A DNA stretch of 64,000 nt from Octopus sinensis (lineage: Eukaryota). The DNA is taken from assembly GCF_006345805.1 (NCBI RefSeq), contig NC_043011.1:56370464-56434463 (forward strand). Reading direction: 5' to 3'. Position numbers and translations under genes: made by a program. Numbering within the stretch: position 1 is the stretch's first letter; each line of letters opens with the position of its first letter. The notes under the pieces are model-generated. The model saw only the letters and a program-made list of their open reading frames with translations. It made no database searches and was not told where the DNA came from. Below, piece by piece: positions 11,888-26,065 of this stretch.

Positions 11888-14112
11888 GGTCACTGATCAG
11901 CCTCACTCTTAAATGTTTCTTTCTCATATATCTATGTTAAACAGTTGCACAGTTAGCATTGTAATACACCAGAGAACAGCTTCACTTTTTCCTACAACAA
12001 ATTACAAAATATACGTTAGGCTCAAAATTAATTCAACACAACACATTTTATATAACAATCACAATTATCATCCTCATATCTTCCTCTCCCACGTCTTGTT
12101 GGTTTTCAGTTGTCTTTGATGCTTCTTCAAATTTGTTCTTTCCTAGGTCGGGGTATTGGCCCTACACAAACCATTTTTACCTCTGGGAAGAGTAGGTCCA
12201 TATTAGTCTGGCCTCTATCCTTTGACTTGTCCAGCATGGGAAGCCCTATAAGGAGCTTGTATTCTGGTAGTATAGCTCTCTGGGTCACTGAGGCATACAA
12301 GCCACCACACCACACCAAGGACTGAATCTTGTGGTGGATCGGATGAAATACTTTATTAATAAACGGACATTCATTGGTTTGTTTTTTCATTCTATGTCTG
12401 TTTTCCATGCTAGCACCATTTAAAAGAATATCATTGAGGGACTGTTTTAATATGCAAATACCTTTCCAGCCACCAACCCTCATCTATTTTACAAGGTGAG
12501 GAAGTTTTTGTCCCACTTGTCGTTAAAGCAGAGAAACCAAGCAATTTGTTGACAGCAAAACGTCAGCATCACTGTCCAGATCTTAGTGAATTTTCAGGGA
12601 AGTGGAGAATATAAACAGTCACATATACACACATATATATACATATATATACATACAGGTCAAGTTTTAGTACTCACAAGGCATTAGTCAACCTAGGGCC
12701 ATAGTAAGAAAATACTCTCCCAGTGACTGAACACAAAACCACATGGTTGCAAAGCAAACGTCTTTAGCAGACAGTCGTTCCTGCAGATAACAGAAGTTAC
12801 TGTATTTGATGACACATAAAACACACTTTTTAAAAAAAAAAACAGAAAGTCTCAAAAAAAAAAAAGCCCCACCCTGGTCCTGGATGACAGGTTGCTTTAA
12901 ATATTCCATGCTTTAATGAACTAAAAACTTCTTACCCTGAACATACCCTGCCAGAATAGGGATATGTCTAATATGCCTGTGTTCTATTTTGTGCCATCAA
13001 ATACGATGACTCTAAAAGATCATGAGGAATTTTCTGATTTATCTTTCATCTTTTCTATTTGTTTCAGTCAGCTGAGACTGTGGCCATGCTGGAACACTGT
13101 TTTGAAAACTTTTAGTCAAACAAATTGACCTTCATACTTTTTTTTTTTATAAACCTGGTACTTATCCTATCAGTCTCTTTTGCTGAACTGCTAAGTTACG
13201 GGGACGTAAACACACCTACACCAGTTGCCAAACGGGGGGGGGCACAGACACAGATACATATATATACATAATAGTCTTCTTTCAGTTTCCATCTATCGAT
13301 TCCATTCACAAGGCTTTGGGTCAGCCCAACGCTATAGTAGAAGACACTTGCCCAAGGTGCCAAGCAGTAGGACTTGAACCAAGAACCATTCTTACCACAC
13401 ATAATTTTAGTAATTTGCATATACAATAAATTACACTTGATATAACATATAATGAGTGTATATAATTTTCAGTTGGTATATATGACAGAAGAGCCAAAAC
13501 GGTAAAAGAGTAAGATGACATTTTACTACTGAAAACATAGAAGCGGAAAACCAGTGGAAAGCCAAAAATTGTTGGGTAGGGGCTTAATCTGACCGAATCA
13601 ACCCCAGAAAAATCAATATTGGAAGGATTTTAACTTGTAAAGTTAAGCAGCTGAACTAAATGCTACAGAGGCATTTAGTGTTGCCAACATGAAAACTCTT
13701 TGGCAGAAGAGAAATTAAATAAAAACACTTGTTCTATCATGAGTTAGGTAAACAGCTTCCTCCATTCATTTATCCACCAAACAGTGCGTTATGTTCTTCA
13801 ATACAGTTGTGTTTTATTGAGCTTGTGTGTGTGTGTGTGTGTATGAGTGTGCACACACACACTGCTATCATTCCTATACACATTCTTTTTCAAGTGAAGT
13901 TTTATGCGGTACAATTTCACTTGCAAATTATTTCACAGTATAATCAAACACACTTGTGATCCTACAAAGAAATTGCTAACAGTATAGACATAAAGCAATT
14001 TCCTTACATTACATGTGTGTGAGTGTGTGTGTGTTTATGTATGTGTATATATATTATATATATATATATACATATATATACATTATATATATATATATAT
14101 AATATATATATA

Positions 14113-14150
<38 letters not shown>

Positions 14151-14161
14151 CATATATATAC

Positions 14162-14200
<39 letters not shown>

Positions 14201-15108
14201 TATATATATATGTATGTATAAACCGCTTTTCATGATAAAATGGTTCTTCAAATAACTACTAGCATCTTCAAACCTGGCAGTTTATTATCAAAGACTACTT
14301 CAAGAATCAGCATTATTCTAGAATACTTCTATTCTTCGTAGCTTACATTTCATTTTCAAGATCTGTTATACAGAAAACAAATAATCAATGATATTCAAGA
14401 AATACCACACACACATGTGCAGACACACACACGTGTACACAGACACACACACACATGCAGAGATACATGTGCATAGCCTCCATGTCTATTTGTTAGTTTA
14501 ATATAGTTTCCAAACTGCTTATTCAAGCTTGGAAAGGAATCAGTTGAAATTGTGAAATAAGGGGAAAAAAAAGGAACTAGGGTGGGTAATTCAATTCTAG
14601 ATGGATGTCTCCAATGTCATGACACTGGTACTTCAGTTCTGTGTATTAAAAGTACCACTGCAACAACAACAACAAGTCCAAATAAGGCAACATGTAGCAA
14701 GCTGATGGGGTTAGCAACACATTGATGAAGGGTTAGCAACTTATTGATCCGCAAAGCACAAACCAACAGCCTTGTTGGCAGTTGAACAGCTGCAAAGCAT
14801 TAAAATTCTTTAAACATTGTATTATCACATACATGAGGCTGCTGGATAAAAATCAACCGAACGTCAGATTAAGGGGAGGGGAAATGTTATGTCGCTTCTC
14901 TTGATATCCAATCCAACTGGAATTAACTTTATCCTTAACTCCACACACACACCCCACCTCCAATATCAATAAAACATGGAAAAATATCAGAAGTAAATAT
15001 AGGATTCATTCTATCTTTCACTTGTTTCAGTCATTGGACAGCGGCCATGCTAGGGTTCTTCCTTGGAGGGTTTATCTGAACACAAAAACCCCAGGACTTA
15101 TTTTTTAA

Positions 15109-15330
15109 CCCTTTAGTGTTCACATTATTCTGCCAAAATTAATGCTTTTTTATCCTCATTGTTTTGAACTAATGATTCATTAATCTTGTAGCTATGAGAT
15201 TTTGATGAGGTAGCTGTTAATTTTTAAAATGATATTGTAGGGTTGGTGTGAGAGACCAGATCTGGCCAGTTTGAACATAAAACAGGCAGAATACTTTTGG
15301 CCGGATGTGGCTAGTTTAAATGCTAAAGGG
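15109..15330. mobile_element. piggyBac-like MITE inserted in a SINE
   Basis: TTAA|CCCTTTAG...CTAAAGGG|TTAA. A decayed inverted copy lies near 60110-60300. Confidence 0.8.
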
Positions 15331-16407
15331 TTAAATCTGGTACTTATTCTACTGGCCTCTTTTGCCAAACTGCTGAGTTATGAAGACCACCAAGCAACAC
15401 TGGTTGTCAAGTGGTGGTGATGGGGAATCAAACAGAGGTACACCCACCCACACATTAATGTTTGTTTTTATGTTACAATAAAAGCAATTTTGTTAAATTG
15501 GAAGACCACTCAACCCATTTGGTAGAGAACAAATTTACTATTCTTTAACAAGAATAACATTGTTAGTGACTTAGTTTCAGCCAGCAGTTACTAGCCTATA
15601 AATGTTTGGAGTTCATCTTGGCTCCTACACACACATATTCTTTTACTTGTTTCAGTCATTTGACTGTGGCCATGCTGGAGCACCGCCTTTAGTCAAACAA
15701 ATCAACCCCAGGACTTACTCTTTATAAGCCAAGTATTTATTCTGTCGGTCTGTTTTGCCAAACTGCTAGGTTACAGTGACATAAACTACATGGGACTGAA
15801 CCCAGAACCACGTTTTCTGTTCTCTTTTCTGAGAACCATCATTCTCAAGTGAGTAAACATACCTTTGGTAGCATGACAATTCTTGTCAAAGATGAGAGAG
15901 AGAGTAAACTTTGAAATTGTATTAAAAAATTGTACTTGACTGTATGTTTGACAAGCAGAAGTCCTTCCTGGGAAATTTTCCACTGTCAAGAAAGTAAAAG
16001 AAATGCTTGACCTTAAATAGGTGAGTCATGCTTTAAATAGGAATCATCAAATAACTATGAGAATCAAAAATAATGTCAGTGAACCTGGGCTGGTAACCTC
16101 ATCTGCAGCATTCCTAGTTTCTTAAACACAGAATAACCATAAATGGCAAAAGTCTTTCACATTCAACTCTACAAATGAATTGAGGTGATTAAATCTTCAT
16201 TTTTGACAAGAAACACTTAACAAGAATGAAATCATTTGATAGAATGGTCCCCTTCCATTTTTGAAATGCAAATGCAGCTTGTCCGTATTCAGTGCAAACA
16301 GTTGGTTCTCACCCTTCGACTAAAGAACACCATAATGCATTATAGTGAAATGAGATATAGAAATAATAAATTTGTAGCTTTCAGTTTTAACTTTTCTGCT
16401 GCTTTCC

Positions 16408-16860
16408 ATCATCATCATCGTTTAACATCTGCTTTCCATGCTAGCATGGGTTGGATGATTTGACTGAGGACTGGTGAACCAGATGGCTGCACCAAGCTCC
16501 AATCTAATCTGGCAAAGTTTCTACAGCTGGATGCCCTTCCTAAAACCAACCACTCCGAGTGTAGTGGGTGCTTTTACGCGCCACTGGCACGAGGGCGAGT
16601 CAGGCAGCACTGGCAATGGCCACGCTCAAGTGGTCTTTTACATGCTCCCTGCACAGGAGCCAGTCCAGCAGCACTGGCACCGACCTCACTTGAATGTTTT
16701 TCACGTGCCAGTAAGGTGACGCTGGTAATGATCCCGTTTGAATGGTGTTTTTTACGTGCCACCGGCACAGAAGCCAGTTAGCTGCTCTGACAGCAATCAC
16801 GCTCAGATGGTGCTCGCTGCTAGAACAGCTGATTGGCTTCCATGCCGGTGGCTCATAAAA
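16408..16860 (-). mobile_element. RTE LINE 3'UTR fragment
   Basis: Same family as 52440-53350. Confidence 0.85.
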
Positions 16861-18513
16861 AATGAAATTCAGATTCTTCAACCTGCTCCTACTCATGATT
16901 ACTAAACCCAATTCTGCAACATTCCACTGCATTACTCATCAACAGAACAGCCGCAGCCTATTTGGGTGACCATCTTCAACAGGTCAACATTACAACATCC
17001 ATCAGTAAAACTCTCTTCAATGGAACCAAAGTTTGACCGATTTCCTGTGCAGCTCAGTCTTCCAAATGGAATTCTGTTTCTAGTAGAGATAAATGTCAAT
17101 TTGACCACCTGGGTCACCATTAGCTTCTCTCTCTCTCTCTCTCTCTCTTCCTATAGCAGTAACCACATACTTCTGCTACAATCACCTGTCTCTATCCTTA
17201 TATCATATTTTAACCACTGATCCATGTACCTTCAGCTGGCAGTGAAGGTACATGGCTCAATGGTTAGAGTATCAGGCTTACAATCGTGACATTGTAAGTT
17301 CAATTCCCAGACCAGGCTATGTGTTCCGTTCTCGAGCAAGGCACTTATATTTCACGTTGTTCCAGTTCACTCAGCTGTAGAAATGAGTTGTTATGTTTCA
17401 CTGGCGCCAAGCTGTTTCGGCCATTCTCTTTCCCTTGGACAACATCGGCGGTGTGTAGAGGGGAGGCTGGTATGCATGGGTGACTGGTGGTCGTCCCTAA
17501 AACAACCATGCCTGAACTTGTGCCTCGGAGGGGAACTTTCTAGGTGCAATCCCATGGTCATTCATTTGTTGTTTTTTTTTTATCATCTGGTACAAAGCTA
17601 CCTCCTTTAATGTTACACCTACCTCAGTTGAAGTCTTGTCTTCCAAGTTACTTGATGACCTGACTGGTGCCAGTGCCACGTATAAAGCACCCAATCCACT
17701 CTGTGAAATGGTTGGCATTAGGAAGGGAATCCTACCATAGAAATCTTGCCAAAGCAGACAGAAAAGCTTGATGCAACCCTGTGGATTGCCAGCCCCTGTT
17801 GAAGTGTCTAGCCCATGGAAAACAGATGTGAAATGGTGATGATAATGATGATGATGATGAGTTGTGTCACCACCACGCATAATGATGACACTACAAGCTT
17901 AATGATGATCAAGGTTAATTAATTTAACAGGACTGACCTTCAACTCATAATAATTATTTTGATTAAACTGTATTAAATGATGATGATGATGATTAAACCA
18001 ATTAAGCAAATCTCCAGGTTCAGTCAGATTGTTCAAGTAAAGACTGTTCTATTGAGGAGTGAAAGTTAGTCTTTTTGTAAGATATCTGGTGGGTTGCAGG
18101 ACAAAGGAGTAATTTAATTGCATAGAAAAAGGATTGCCTCAAAATGTAATTCCTTCATCTTTCTGTCAGCTCCCTTGAACAAAAGGGAAAGTGTTTCCAA
18201 CAAAATTCCCCTTTGATGTGCTTCTTCACTGCTTTCAATAGGACCTGTTGTTTCGGTTTGAATATTATTGTTTCTAACCCCTCACCCCCTTTTACCATTC
18301 ACCTCCTCCATGGGGGTCTTATTAGAAGCGTTTTGTCATTACATCTTTTGGTTGGATTTCCAAATATGACCAACTGAGACTAATTACTAACCAAGCATCT
18401 CATTCTTGGTCTACCCTGCCAGTCAGCTCCAATTGTAGAATTTGTATCTTGGAACAAATTCGGATACTCAGGTTAAGTGGATTGAAGATAGAGTGTTAAT
18501 GATGATGAACTTA

Positions 18514-18947
18514 CAGGTCTGTAATTAAGAGATGAGGAATTATGTACATTATTTACATTTGACGGATATTTGTCCTCATCTTCTTTGTTGTTAACACAAT
18601 GTTTCGGCTGATATACCCTCCAGCCTTCATCAGGTATCTTGGGGAAATTTCGAATCTGGGTTCTCATTCCAAGGTATTTTTCAATGTTATTATTATCGTT
18701 ATTATTATTCAGGTCACTGCCTGGAATTGAACTCGAAATCTTGGGGTTAGTAGCCTGCACTCTTAACCACTATGCCATATGCCCATGGGCATATAATAAT
18801 AATAACATTGAAAATACCTTAGCAATGAGAACCTAGGTTTGAAATTTCCCCAAGACACCTGATGAAGGCTGGAGGGTATATCAGCCAAAACGATGTGTTA
18901 ACAATAAACATGATGAGGACAAATATCCGTCAAATGTAAATAATGTA
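18514..18947 (-). mobile_element. tRNA-headed SINE-like element with Penelope-type hammerhead motif, inverted head-to-head double copy with TSD
   Basis: Minus copy: tRNA-like head GGGCATATGGCATAGTGGTTAAGAG...GAGTTCAATTCC (18784 leftwards), then CTGATGA-A-GGCTG..CAGCC-GAAA. Plus copy 18787-18947 lacks most of the head. Flanking direct repeat AATGATGATGAA(c/t)TTA at 18498 and 18948. Confidence 0.8.
18593..18640 (-). ncRNA. Minimal type-I hammerhead ribozyme motif (Penelope-like); further copies at 18853-18899 (+) and about 37925-37973 (-)
   Basis: Three-copy consensus GACAC-CTGATGA-A-GGCTG(loop)CAGCC-GAAA-CGTT-GTGTT gives stem I, catalytic core, stem II and a palindromic minimal stem III. Individual copies carry point mutations. 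Confidence 0.7.
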
Positions 18948-19642
18948 AATGATGATGAATTTATTTCAAAGATAGCAAATTGATATTGCCATATCTGAGA
19001 ACTCAAATGGAAACCTTTGAGCATTCATCCATAATCATGGTTAAAGATGGATGCTCAAAGTTAATCAATGACTGAAAAACTTTTGAGATTGATACTAAGA
19101 TGTTCAAGGAGTTGTATGAATAAGCTTGGTATACAGAAGATAGTAGAATCATAGTTTCAGTTCCAAGCATCATATGATGCATTTATCACAAGACTTTTCA
19201 ATATCTTCCAATGAAAACCTAATAGAGTGCCATAATCAAATCACTCTTCAAAATGGTACAATAGCTGACATAAAACCGATTCCAAATGTTATAGATGAGT
19301 ATCTGATAAAAGCATCACAAGCCATGTTATCTTTGGCAAATTTGTGTCAAACATCATAATTTTAGAGTGATAATCATCATTCCATATTTACCTCTGCCTT
19401 TGAGGTTAAATACGAATGAGATGGCTTACTGAGCAATGAGTAATATAGAATAGCATCAAAGTAAAAATATTTGTCATTTCCTGAAACTTATTGCAAAAGC
19501 CATAGACTCCTTTTCAACAAAAGATTTTGCTTGGAGCAAACAAGAGTTCTGGGGAAGAAAGTGACAGGTTTATTACACTGTGAAAAAACAGCCAAAATTA
19601 TAGTTTGAGAAACAAGTTTCAGCATGTAGTTGAACTTTGGGT

Positions 19643-19674
<32 letters not shown>

Positions 19675-20590
19675 TTAGCAATTGAAGCTTTAAACAGATT
19701 AATGTCTTTAGGTGTCTCTTCTGCAATGATAAAGCAATATTTAGTAACAGCTGAATTAGTTCTGAGAAAGGAGATACCTATCAAGATTGATAACTAAACA
19801 AACCTACAAGTTATTTAGTATTCCAGACATCAGGAAATCAATGAGGAGAGGGTCTCAATCTTTCTGGGTCAAGTTGCAGAGAATTATTTTCTATTTTGTA
19901 TCCAAGGAAACAAATGGATGTTTCAGTCAAGATCCTACTGAACTTCTCGGTAGTTTTGCTAATGGCGGTAACATCAAGACAGGCCAGACTCTTTTGATAT
20001 CGTTGTTGGTAATTACACCATCCATCACTCTTAGAAAAGTGCTTACGGAACAAGACACACGAAATGGTAAGCATCCACCGGCTTGATTTGCAATGTGTAT
20101 ATATATATATATACATCATATATAATTTGTATATATATACATCATTGTATGCTGCTTTCAGAATCAGTTTACTGTTGAATTCATTGTAGAAAATAAAATG
20201 CAGAAGATCTTGATTTTCAGTATAAGGAAATGGATGTGCATCTGGAGAGCAAAAGCAATTTGTTATTTGTGAAAAGTCAATAACCTGGTTATTGCACTGG
20301 TTTCTTGCAGCTACCAATGGTACTTGCCATGGAGTGAGTGACAGCTCAATAATAATGTCATGAAGAAGTCATTTTCTATTCTCTCTGATAAAGATTTTAT
20401 CAAACTGAAAAGTGGTGAAGTTTAGCAACAATTGGCGGAGAAGCAAAGAGAAATCACAAACATTGGGATAAATTGATTAACGTAAACTTTTATGTTCTTC
20501 CCAAGTTATGCTTTCTAAGTCATGTCCCAGAAAGAATCATAAAAGGCCAAATTTAAATGTGTCTTTTCAAACAAATAACTATATATAAGA

Positions 20591-20946
20591 CTAGCATTAT
20601 GACCCGTCAACGCCGGGTCATAGTGCTAGTGCATGCATATACAGCTGCGTGCATGTGCACATACGCGCGAGTACTGTCCAAATCTCCAACCAATCGCATA
20701 CAGCTAGCTGGCATTCAATTGGCGTATCAAGTTTCAGGCATTTTGATTGGGTTTTGGATAGAAAATTCACAAAAAAGTCACTTCTATTGATTTTTTTAAT
20801 GGTGACTGGGGAAATGTAAAGATGTGCATGACCACCCTTGGACGGTTTTGAATGACCACAGAAAGTGCGAGCCCTCTAACTAAAAAATTGTGGATTTGTA
20901 TAAAGGACACACACACACAGACATTTGCCGTTTATATATATAGAGA
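20591..20946 (-). mobile_element. Non-autonomous Helitron family B (second copy 32158-32501, +)
   Basis: TC start, terminal hairpin and CTAG end; the two copies align over their length. Confidence 0.8.
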
Positions 20947-21573
20947 TGTCTGAGATACAGAAAAATGAAAAAAACAGGGCTTCGTTTGAGTTCAGAATTC
21001 AAAGACATTGTTAAGATGCTGAGAGGGAAAGATTTTTGTAAACTTGCTCATCCTTCACACTGGCTAGACTACCATATGATACACTATCATCATTATTATT
21101 ATTATTATCTATATAATATCTCTTATTATAAAAGGCAGATTTTAGCTGCCTCCCTTTGGGAGTTATAGAAATCTACAATATAGGATTTCTTCAATTACAA
21201 TTTACCTAGCAGTTTTAAGAGTACAATGCATCGCGTCATGCCAGGTCCAGTTTTTAAAATTTAAACTCCAATTAAGCAAAATTTACAGAAAACTCACATT
21301 CTGGTGTGTGTGTCAAATGCTTTTCTTAGTCTGGTTTACACCACACGCAAACGCACACACACAGTGGGCAACGAATAAAATGAAAGTAAATAGCGACAGA
21401 GTGATTTGAGGAAGACTAAAGTGAAAGTATTCTGTCTATGACGCTGATAGATACATGAGTAAAATGTATGGGAAGCTAAGAGCTAAGAGTGAGTGAAAAT
21501 GTTCTTGGAAGAGAGTAATTAGTAATAAAGTAAACATACACTCATACATACATACATACATACATACATACAT

Positions 21574-21606
<33 letters not shown>

Positions 21607-21659
21607 TACACACACACATACACACACACATACATACATACACACATACATACATACAT

Positions 21660-21709
<50 letters not shown>

Positions 21710-21884
21710 GAAGCTTGAGAACAATCAGATACATTTGCAACACATCTGTTGAAAATATTATTGTTCACACACATACATATACATATATACATACAGACAG
21801 ACAGACAGATAGACACACACACACACACACACACATGATCCAGCATGGCCACAACCTCAAGGCTGAAACATATAAAAGAATAAC

Positions 21885-22255
21885 AGAATATAAGTGTGTG
21901 CAAAGTACAAGAAATATTAATGCAGTATATGGGGATTGGACAATAAGCGTAAGGCAGTGTCAATGGTGGTTCCAGAAATCCCGAGCCATAAACTACAGCC
22001 TAGAAGACGAGCCTCATCCTGAAAGATCTGTTGAACTCGACAAGGACATCCTGAAAACCCTGGTGGAACAAAATCTCATCGTAACTGTTGAGGAACTAGC
22101 AGAGAAGCTTGGATTTGGTCATTCAACCATTCATTGAGACCTGTGTGCTATCGGAAAAGTCAGCAAATTGGGTCAATGGGTTCCTCACGAACTTTCCGAG
22201 TCTAATTGCATGCAGAGAGTGAATGTATGCTTTTCTTTGCTGTCACATCTCACCA
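21885..22255 (+). mobile_element. mariner transposase N-terminal fragment (pseudogene)
   Basis: RNINAVYG..ISVRQCQWWFQK..SLEDEPH..TVEELAEKLGFGHSTIH*..KLGQWVPHEL: HTH region and WVPHEL motif. Confidence 0.85.
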
Positions 22256-22272
22256 CTACTGCGCTATGTATA

Positions 22273-22905
22273 TCTATATATATAAAACTGTAGTTGTGTG
22301 AGTGTCTGTCCCCTTCAATTTAGATTCCTAACTACTCCCACATTTTGCGGTGCAGTTTAACCAAATTCGGGTATCTTATAGTCATGATTCATATCGAGCC
22401 CGTCTGAATATTAGCGCGCGTCTACGATGAGTCTACGATTTTAAAAATAATTTAACATCATTTTTTATTCCATTTTAATGCATAATTTTTCGTGTGTCGA
22501 TGGCGGCGGAGTTGGCGTCCACGCTCACACCTGCACCTGTGGGGAAGGGAGTGTAAGGATATCAACGTCGTAATGCATTGTCAAGGAGACCAGTGTTCTT
22601 TTACAACGACTTCATGGCTTGAAGACACCAAAACAGAAATGGCCAAGTAAGCGTCTACATGAGTCTACGATTTAAAAAAAAATTTACCATCGTTTTTTTT
22701 CCATTTTAATGCATTTTTTCGCTATTATATAAGGGAAGTAACTCTCTAAAAATGTCTACGATGAGTCAACGATTTAAAAAAAATTTACCATCATATTTTT
22801 TCCATTTTTAATGCATTTTTTGCTATTTTTTGGCTATAACTCTCTAAAAATGCTTATATAGTTATTTCCCTTACAAACCCGAGCAACGCCGGGCGATACT
22901 GCTAG
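22273..22905 (+). mobile_element. Non-autonomous Helitron family A
   Basis: a|TC 5' end, subterminal hairpin CCCG-agcaacgc-CGGG, 3' CTAG|t, no TSD. Confidence 0.85.
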
Positions 22906-25560
22906 TTATATGATAGTCTCATGATAGCCAAATTATTAAATGCTTTCCTGCCAGAAATAGAGAGTTAATTCCAACAACCATCAAAAATAGGTGAATGAGA
23001 CTGTAACACAATATTATATTTTAAAAAATAAATGATGATGATGATGGTGATGATGATGATAATCCTTCCTACTATAGGCACAAGGCCTGAACTGTTAGGG
23101 AAGGAGCTAGTTGATTACATCAACCCCAGTATTCAACTGGTACTTATTTTACTGACACTAAAAGGATGAAAAGCAAAGTTGACCTTCATCCTTTGTTGAA
23201 TTTGAAGTGAGAACATAAAGGCGGACGAAATACCCCTAGGCATTCTGCTTAGAGGAGTGGGGAGCATATCAATAATAATAATAATAATAATAAACCACAC
23301 TATTAACTAATATATAGGTACATGTTTTCCTCATTTCTGGATTTTTGACAACTGTGTGTATGTGTGTGTGTGTACACTGAGAATAGCTTTTAAGTCCATT
23401 TCCTTGATGTGTCCGAGTTATAAATGTTGATGGTGTGGATAGGCTTATGAAAAATATCCAATCATTTTGGCAGTTGAGACATGTTTCATTCTTTGCTTGA
23501 CCAGCACAAAAATTGTACTTCCATCTCTGGAAATTCAGTTGTGTGCTCACTAATAAGGAAGTTCGACTGTATTTGCTACATTTTCTGAAACCATTGAGAC
23601 TAAGGAAAAATTCCTGGTCAGTCTCTGTATGTCTCTTCACAGCTTCCAGAGTTTGATCTGGAAATTTAATGAAGAATTTTCAAGAAATCTTTATCAAGAA
23701 TTTTGGTTAATGCTCACCTAACGATAACAATTTATAGTTTCAGTATCTGATGAGGGTGTCTAGAATTGTAGAGTGTTTTCTTCGCTTAGTAACTGTTTTC
23801 GCAATTACAACTGAAATCTACAAAATTATATACTTTTGTTTAATGATGCTATCAAGGGAAACTTTTGCAATGCTGTAGTTGATACAATTTTCAATATGGC
23901 TGAAGAGGGAAGATGAGAAGTTGTTAGTTGAACCAAGTGAATCGTTGTTATTCAGTTGAGTCCGAGAATTCAACAAGAAACTTTAAGAATCTGGTTTCCT
24001 ACTGTGTCCACTCTGTGCTTGTATCTAATGAAGTCCCATGAAAGAAAAATTTCCATTGTTAATTCTTCTGTTTCATTGAGGAAAGAAGTGTCCCAGAGTA
24101 CTTTCTGGTTGAAATTGTGAATATAATTGTTTCGGAATTTCAGCAGAATTGCTGTGACGTGAAATAATTGTTGAGAATGAAATGGTTTCATTCGGCTAAA
24201 ACGTTCGTCTTAATAATTCAAAGCACGAGTGTAAAGCAGACGTATTACAAATGGCTGGCTGCCAGTTTATTATAATGCAATTGGACAGAAAGTAGCAACG
24301 ATTTCGTAGCAATATGTCAAATAGTTGTCAAACTAATGAAACCTTTGTACCTTCATTTATAAATCAATTCACATCTTCGATGTGGTATAAGAATATAAGT
24401 CAATCCCAATGTTTTATATTAGCGACACCGCCTCGACGATGAAAGACTAAGTTCACTTCGGTGTGGTTTCAACTCAGAACATAAATGGCTGTAACTTAAG
24501 ACAGCACAGAATTTTGTTGAACGGTTTAATGATTCAGTTAATCTAAATTATTGTTGTCTCCTTAATGACGTGGTACATTTGTAATCAACTTTCTAACCAC
24601 ACACAACACCAACAACATCAAAATATCACAAAAAGAACCATGAGCGAACCTCAAGCAGCCGCCAATTATTCAAATGACATCCTACAATCTTTAAGAAACG
24701 ATGGAGTCCCTAATATATATTAAACAACCGAATGTCTTTTAATCCTTAGGTTTTTGATCGATCGTTGCTGACCTGGGGCTAAACAACGACGCAAAGCACT
24801 TAAAGAAAAAAAATTATCAAATAATTTTAAATATTTTATCAATGAAGTTATTTTTCTAGAAAATAAAAGTCTTTTCAACGGTCTAAAAATTAAAGTCGTC
24901 TTTATTTTGTACACAGTCTATCTTGAACTATATTATTCAATGTTTCCTCCTCGCTTTTTTGAAGATGGTAGAGCAAGATTTAAGGAAAATATGGTTGCTA
25001 TTTCTTGCAAGTTCGGTGACCTTGAAATCCCAATGAGAATAGATTATTGTAAGATGTATATTAGTGATACTGGAAGTGCCTTAAATGAAGAATTCCAGGT
25101 AAAGTGGCGAGAAGTAGATAGGAATAGGGGCGGAAGATCAACATGATATCGAAGATGGAAAGAATAAGGCATTTTGTTTCTGATAAAATGCTAAAATTCA
25201 CAAAGGCGAAGCAGGAAAGACATGAGAATGCTATAGAAACTATGAAATGTCTGGCAATTCCTACTAAAACTAAAATCAAGATTTGTAATACAAAACCAGT
25301 TTTGGAATGGTTACCCTTGAAGTTCCATACTTCATGAAAAAGGAAGAGTATTTGGGGTTTGGTTGTGGGAGCGGGGAGTTCTTTCAATCTTATTATTCCT
25401 GTGCTCCATGCATCGAGAATTATGTTCCCGAAGAAAAAAAGTTCCCCCAAATTTCCACTTCTTTTTACATTTTTGCCCCTCACCATCGCCACTTTGGTAT
25501 CCCCAGCGGCCTTCGGGCTAAAACATTTTTAAGGATTTTAAGGATTTTAAGGATATATAT

Positions 25561-25604
<44 letters not shown>

Positions 25605-26065
25605 TATATATATATTATATATATATATATATATATCGGACAGTAGTTCATATATCCGAAAAGAGGTGCACTCTAGACATTAGAGCAGTAAAACAACAAT
25701 TTGGGCTTAAAAAGAAAGAGAAGCTCTCAGATCCGCTACACTCGACATAAAGAGATAACAAGAAAATGAGCGAGGAAATGGAAACGGAAGCGTTTGATAT
25801 CTTTAGAAAAATTAGAAAAACAGACGAAAGGCTATAAAACACACTGCAGAAAATATTGAAGAGTCAACTGATCATGAAAATGATTGGCGACATAATGTGG
25901 TGTACAAGACCAGCAGAAAGAACTTTGCTATCGCAAGAAATACGGTAACCATTGGCGTCAATAACCGTTTAATTGGCATGTTTAATGAAGCTGACAATGA
26001 GGTCCTCGCTAAATCAGGCATGGGCAATCTTTATCAGAGAAGTAGGCCGCATGAGACGTGGTTGA

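Larger units (their letters stand above)
18960..24250 (-). mobile_element. Highly degenerate Ty3/Gypsy LTR retrotransposon (gag-PR-RT-RNaseH-IN) with nested insertions
   Basis: Broken minus-strand frames: gag zinc-knuckle remnant (AKNETCLNC, about 23.5 kb); RT (IIELSLTPW, VIDFSQITN..DAHPFP, SICFLGYKI..DPERL); RNaseH (KPVTFFPRTL, AISFVFNLKGRGK); integrase (FSLEDIEKSCDKC, DECS..FPF). Order is Gypsy-type. No LTRs recognised. Confidence 0.75.

Noticed and set aside
18715-18790. tRNA gene
   Set aside because: The acceptor stem is imperfect and the sequence is fused to a repeated body at two loci. It is a SINE head, as are the other tRNA-like segments.
25061-26000. Overlapping 64-147-aa ORFs as a host gene
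   Set aside because: No recognisable domain or splice structure; interrupted by (TA)n; probably decayed repeat.
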